Shown here piece by piece: positions 29,137 through 32,094 of a stretch of 32,094 nt of DNA. The notes under the pieces were generated by a model. The model ran no database searches, was not told where the DNA came from, and saw only the letters and a list, made by a program, of their open reading frames with translations. The number at the start of each line of letters is the position of its first letter. Position 1 is the first letter of the stretch. Origin of the DNA: Deltaproteobacteria bacterium (GTDB lineage: Bacteria; Desulfobacterota; DSM-4660; Desulfatiglandales; B25-G16); NCBI GenBank assembly GCA_018400255.1, contig JAGYMO010000283.1, positions 1 through 32,094 of the forward strand, written 5' to 3'. The position numbers were made by a program, and so were the translations under genes.

Positions 29137-29622
29137 TTATTCGTATTCATCATCGTATTCATCATCGTATTCATCATCATAGTCTGGATATTGAGGTGGA
29201 GATTCGCCAACTGCATTGATTACTTTAATATGCTTCTTCTTAGAATTAGTTTCAGTAATTTTTTGTACCTTAATTCGATGCCACCAATCATCACCAAAAT
29301 CAAAAAGATAATGAAAAACATCCTTCTCATTCAAACTGACATCACCGATTCGGGTCTTGGTTGTCGGTTCTTTCATTTTTTCAAAACCCATTATATCCTC
29401 TACACTCATCGGGTGCGTTATTTCCGGTGCATCATAAATGTCCCTTATGTTTTTGGTATCTTTCCTGGTGATGAAAAATGAATAAAGGTGCTCATCGTAT
29501 CTGTCGAATGCCTGGAAAATCGCTTCATGAAAATCATCAAAGGTGCAATTCTCGGAAGCTTCAATTATTCGATATAAATTTGGTATCCCTATTATAGACA
29601 CCCTGAACTGATATATCTTCAT
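29137..29622 (-). CDS. Plasmid pRiA4b ORF-3 family protein
   Basis: Motifs YQFRVSI...YRIIE...TFDDFHEAIFQAF...HLYSF and YLFDFGDDWWH...GESPPQY. Confidence 0.85.
   Translation of the reverse strand: MKIYQFRVSIIGIPNLYRIIEASENCTFDDFHEAIFQAFDRYDEHLYSFFITRKDTKNIRDIYDAPEITHPMSVEDIMGFEKMKEPTTKTRIGDVSLNEKDVFHYLFDFGDDWWHRIKVQKITETNSKKKHIKVINAVGESPPQYPDYDDEYDDEYDDEYE
29144..29179. repeat. 12-bp tandem repeat x3 encoding (DDEY)3
   Basis: TATTCATCATCG TATTCATCATCG TATTCATCATCA. Confidence 0.9.
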
Positions 29623-29638
29623 TTCTTCATTCCTATGC

Positions 29639-29854
29639 AGTTAACGTTGCGCGTAACGGGCAACAAGGGCATATGCGGCATTGCCTTGGTGCCACTCCTT
29701 TAATTGCCCTGATTATACCAGACCAATATCGGATTGACAATAGAACATGTTGTTGCTCTCATAACGCAAAGCTGAATCTGGGCTCATTACGGAAGCTGGA
29801 TAAGACTCAAAGGATGACGCCTCTTGTTGCCCCCTTGATGCGCTTCTTGTATGC
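29639..29854 (-). mobile_element. Long attC-like site with a degenerate R'' box
   Basis: On the gene strand it ends ...TTGTTGCCCGTTACGCGCAAC-GTTAACT just before the next ATG. The 5' arm GCGCATCAAGGGGGCAACAAGAGGC is its imperfect complement. Confidence 0.65.
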
Positions 29855-29871
29855 CTATCCCTGATTTAAAC

Positions 29872-30123
29872 TTATAAAGTAGTTTTTGGTAAAGCATTCA
29901 AGGAAGATACAAACTTTTTCTGATCGTATGGTCTGCCTTGTTTCAGAATTTCGAATATCTCGGATGCTACAACAATCCCGATCAAATTCTTTGCTTCCTT
30001 TTCGGTATAGCCTTCAGTGATTAACCGATTGAATGTTTGCTTTGTTTCAGGAGGATCATTCCCATTGATCTGGTTCTCAACTACTTCCATAATTGCAGCA
30101 TTCAGAATTTTGCTCTTCTTCAT
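29872..30123 (-). CDS. Hypothetical helical protein (cassette ORF)
   Basis: 83 aa, RBS GGAG, EVVENQI...DPPETKQT..RL...G...EAK.LI. Bounded by attC-like sites. Confidence 0.75.
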   Translation of the reverse strand: MKKSKILNAAIMEVVENQINGNDPPETKQTFNRLITEGYTEKEAKNLIGIVVASEIFEILKQGRPYDQKKFVSSLNALPKTTL

Positions 30124-30147
30124 TCAAAGTCTCCAATACATATAGGT

Positions 30148-30222
30148 GTATAAGGGCCTGCGTAACAGGCCGGCATTGCAACGTAGCGGAAAACCCGGCC
30201 CTTGTTGACCAAGGTGTTATTT
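30148..30222 (-). mobile_element. attC-like site with a mutated R' box
   Basis: Gene strand AAATAAC-accttg-GTCAAC-aagGGCCGG...CCGGCC-t-GTTAC-gcaggcc-CTTATAC. R' has C in place of G. Confidence 0.65.
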
Positions 30223-30293
30223 TTCAGGCTGTTCCGTTTGTGCCAGAATTCAATAAAGGCATTTCGGTCAATCAATTTTTCATTTATACCAAC

Positions 30294-30590
30294 CTACTGC
30301 TTTTGCGATTCTTCCTGTTGTATTTGACGGAGCCTCTTGTTCATACCTTGAATTCCTATCGGTAGAAGAATACCGTATGGAAGCCATAGGAGCCATTTAT
30401 ATGGAAATGCAAGAAATAAAAGAAGGGTTATGAAAATAATACCAAAAACCCAAAAGATTACCGATGCCTTTATAATGAATGTCCGTTCTTTTGGGCCATG
30501 TGTGTTTTTAATGCTGAAATAGGTTCCGATAGCTCCTCCAGCCACACCGATAATGCCGCCTATAATTCCACCAATTAAACCAGCGTTCAT
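30294..30590 (-). CDS. Small membrane protein (about 3 TM), hypothetical
   Basis: Gly-rich first helix GLIGGIIGGIIGVAGG and two further hydrophobic segments. RBS GAGGT. Confidence 0.8.
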   Translation of the reverse strand: MNAGLIGGIIGGIIGVAGGAIGTYFSIKNTHGPKERTFIIKASVIFWVFGIIFITLLLFLAFPYKWLLWLPYGILLPIGIQGMNKRLRQIQQEESQKQ

Positions 30591-30609
30591 TTTTTACCTC
30601 TCTATTCTG

Positions 30610-30667
30610 TGCTAACGCTGAATTGTGCGGTGCGGCTTTTTGCATCCGCACCCGTGACATCTTTTGC
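30610..30667 (-). mobile_element. attC-like site with a degenerate R'' box
   Basis: Gene strand GTGCGGATGC-AAAAAGCC-GCACCGCAC-AATTCAGC-GTTAGCA: a stem with a bulge and a GTTAG core about 20 nt before the next ATG. Confidence 0.65.
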
Positions 30668-30686
30668 TTCATTTGATCATTTGATA

Positions 30687-30953
30687 TTAGTGACGTAGTT
30701 CCGCGTTAATTTTTTCAGAAATAAATATTTTCAATAGTGACTGGTAAGGAATATCACGTTTGTTTGCGAGTACTTTCAACTCTTCAATCATTGATTCAGG
30801 CAAACGAAGGGATATTGATCTGGTTGAAGGTTTCAACTTCGGCAAAACCGTCTCTTCGGCATCAGACCAATCCAGGCATTCTGAAGAATCGGGTTCTTGC
30901 CAAAAAAGCCGCTCCTCAGGTTCATCTTTAAGTTTGGGTATTTTCTTTATCAT
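30687..30953 (-). CDS. BrnA/CopG-like antitoxin
   Basis: KKIPKLKDEPEERLFW...LKPSTRSISLRLP...LKVLANKRDIPYQSLLK (RHH-type). Confidence 0.85.
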   Translation of the reverse strand: MIKKIPKLKDEPEERLFWQEPDSSECLDWSDAEETVLPKLKPSTRSISLRLPESMIEELKVLANKRDIPYQSLLKIFISEKINAELRH

Positions 30954-31066
30954 TTTTTATGCCTTTCTATTTCCGACTCGGTCATGTACCGTGCAGAAAT
31001 GATCCTGATTTTCTCATTTCGAACGGTGAATACTGCAAAAAGCAAGCGATCTATATTTGTCCGACC
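30950..31066 (-). pseudogene. 5'-truncated BrnT toxin
   Basis: Not in the ORF track. Reads GRTNIDRLLFAVFTVRNEKIRIISARYMTESEIERHKK*, with an ATGA overlap to the antitoxin. No start codon, and an in-frame TGA lies just upstream. Confidence 0.85.
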
Positions 31067-31151
31067 GCGATAATGCGGTCAGCCCTTGAAATTTGAAAAA
31101 ATTGTAATTGCTCGCTAGTTTATTTCTCTAATCTTACTATATAGTTTTGCT

Positions 31152-31760
31152 TTATAACTTTAGGCCTATTTCCCAAGCCTTGCCTAGGTACTTATTTTTT
31201 TTCCGCTTGAGATTTAAGAATCGAGAGTCAGTAAATACTATTTTACTGATGACTTTTGCTTTAATCTTGCGAGTATAATGGTTCATCGCCCTCAATGTAT
31301 TTTTGCTTTCATCCATAAGTAGATTAAAAGGCCACGGTGTCGTACAAGAGGTAATAAATATTGCCTTTTTGCCTTCCATGCGCGCACGAGGCCCAAAACC
31401 AAGCGGGAGTTTCTTGCCAAATAATTCCTTACCCTCACCATGGGACATCGCTAATCCACATTGCCTGTCAAAAAATGTTTTCATAATACCCGAAACATTA
31501 GACCAATATGTTGGAGAAGCAAGAACCAGCACATCTGCATCTTTTACTTTTTCAAAAATCAAATTAAAATCATCTTTTAATACGCATTTTCCATTCCTTT
31601 CGCATGACCAACAACCAAGGCAATAATCTAGTTTATAGTCATATAGGTTTATTAGACTCGTCGTATGTCCGTTGGCCTTAGCGCCTTCTAAAACTTTACT
31701 TGCTAAAGCACTTACTAGTCCATTTTTTCTTTTTGTGCCGACGATAGCTAACAGATTCAT
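31152..31760 (-). CDS. Flavodoxin family / iron-sulfur flavoprotein (NADPH-dependent FMN reductase fold)
   Basis: Motifs GTKRKNG, CLGCWSC-x5-C, DDF and ADVLVLASPTYWSNVSGIMKTFFDR. Confidence 0.88.
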   Translation of the reverse strand: MNLLAIVGTKRKNGLVSALASKVLEGAKANGHTTSLINLYDYKLDYCLGCWSCERNGKCVLKDDFNLIFEKVKDADVLVLASPTYWSNVSGIMKTFFDRQCGLAMSHGEGKELFGKKLPLGFGPRARMEGKKAIFITSCTTPWPFNLLMDESKNTLRAMNHYTRKIKAKVISKIVFTDSRFLNLKRKKNKYLGKAWEIGLKL

Positions 31761-31776
31761 TTTTTATTTTTTATCT

Positions 31777-31841
31777 CCTTAACGTCTAAGGAGCAAGTCA
31801 GCCGCGCGGTTTTTGCGTAAACTGAATTTGCCATGTTATGC
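31777..31841 (-). mobile_element. attC site (best preserved)
   Basis: Gene strand GCATAAC (7 nt after the stop)...CAAATTCAG-tttaCGC-AAAAACC-GCGcgg-CTGACTTG...GTTAAGG, running into the RBS of the next gene. 65 bp. Confidence 0.75.
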
Positions 31842-31848
31842 ACCAATT

Positions 31849-32094
31849 TTAATGCTTTCTACACTTTAGATATAATGCTTTTGTTTTCTCTCCTATAAGT
31901 TGAATGTCATCCACCGTGAAACCAGCGCTTTTCACAAGGGCAGAAAATCCATCGGGAGATATGCTGCTTCGCACATGACGCGGTGGTATACCCAATTGCT
32001 TAAGATACCTTATACCTAATTTTATTTTTTCAAAAAAGCTCATACCATAACCCGTATAGTCTACAGCAAGCAACAGACCTCCAGGTTTTAAAAC
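31849..32094 (-). CDS. Class I SAM-dependent methyltransferase, C-terminal part (runs off the window)
   Basis: Frame open to the window edge: VLKPGGLLLAVD...LVKSAGFTV. Confidence 0.7.
   Translation of the reverse strand, partial: VLKPGGLLLAVDYTGYGMSFFEKIKLGIRYLKQLGIPPRHVRSSISPDGFSALVKSAGFTVDDIQLIGEKTKALYLKCRKH

Noticed and set aside
86-31626. Many antisense or overlapping ORFs in the track (e.g. 1087-1584, 7603-8232, 15315-15722, 20936-21415, 29008-29481)
   Set aside because: They are shadows of well-supported genes on the other strand or frame, with no motifs of their own.
28900-31850. CRISPR array
   Set aside because: There are no identical direct repeats with regular spacers. The repeats are dissimilar palindromes separated by whole genes.

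Overview
Bacterial chromosomal window, most consistent with a Desulfobacterota-like anaerobe (inferred from gene content). From left to right: housekeeping genes (hpt, a zinc-ribbon/DUF3426 membrane protein, serS, an M20 hydrolase); an RND efflux operon; a J-domain protein; an ADP-ribosylglycohydrolase; and gpsA. Next is a selenium cluster: yedE, yedF/tusA-like, DUF3343, a ribokinase-fold kinase fused to a Cys-rich DUF1858-like domain, and selD. The ORF track truncates selD, which most likely starts at 18293 and reads through an in-frame UGA (selenocysteine) followed by a SECIS hairpin. Then come a sensor-kinase remnant, an orphan motB-motA pair in reversed order, a DUF5752-treT-otsB-otsA trehalose cluster, a four-helix-bundle gene flanked by inverted repeats, and an orphan hisF variant. 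The last ~3.5 kb is an array of short minus-strand ORFs separated by intact or degenerate attC-like sites, with no integrase in the window. The best candidates for undescribed biology are the kinase-containing selenium operon, the non-flagellar motBA pair and the HisF variant with an altered HisH interface. All family assignments come from motif recognition, not database searches.
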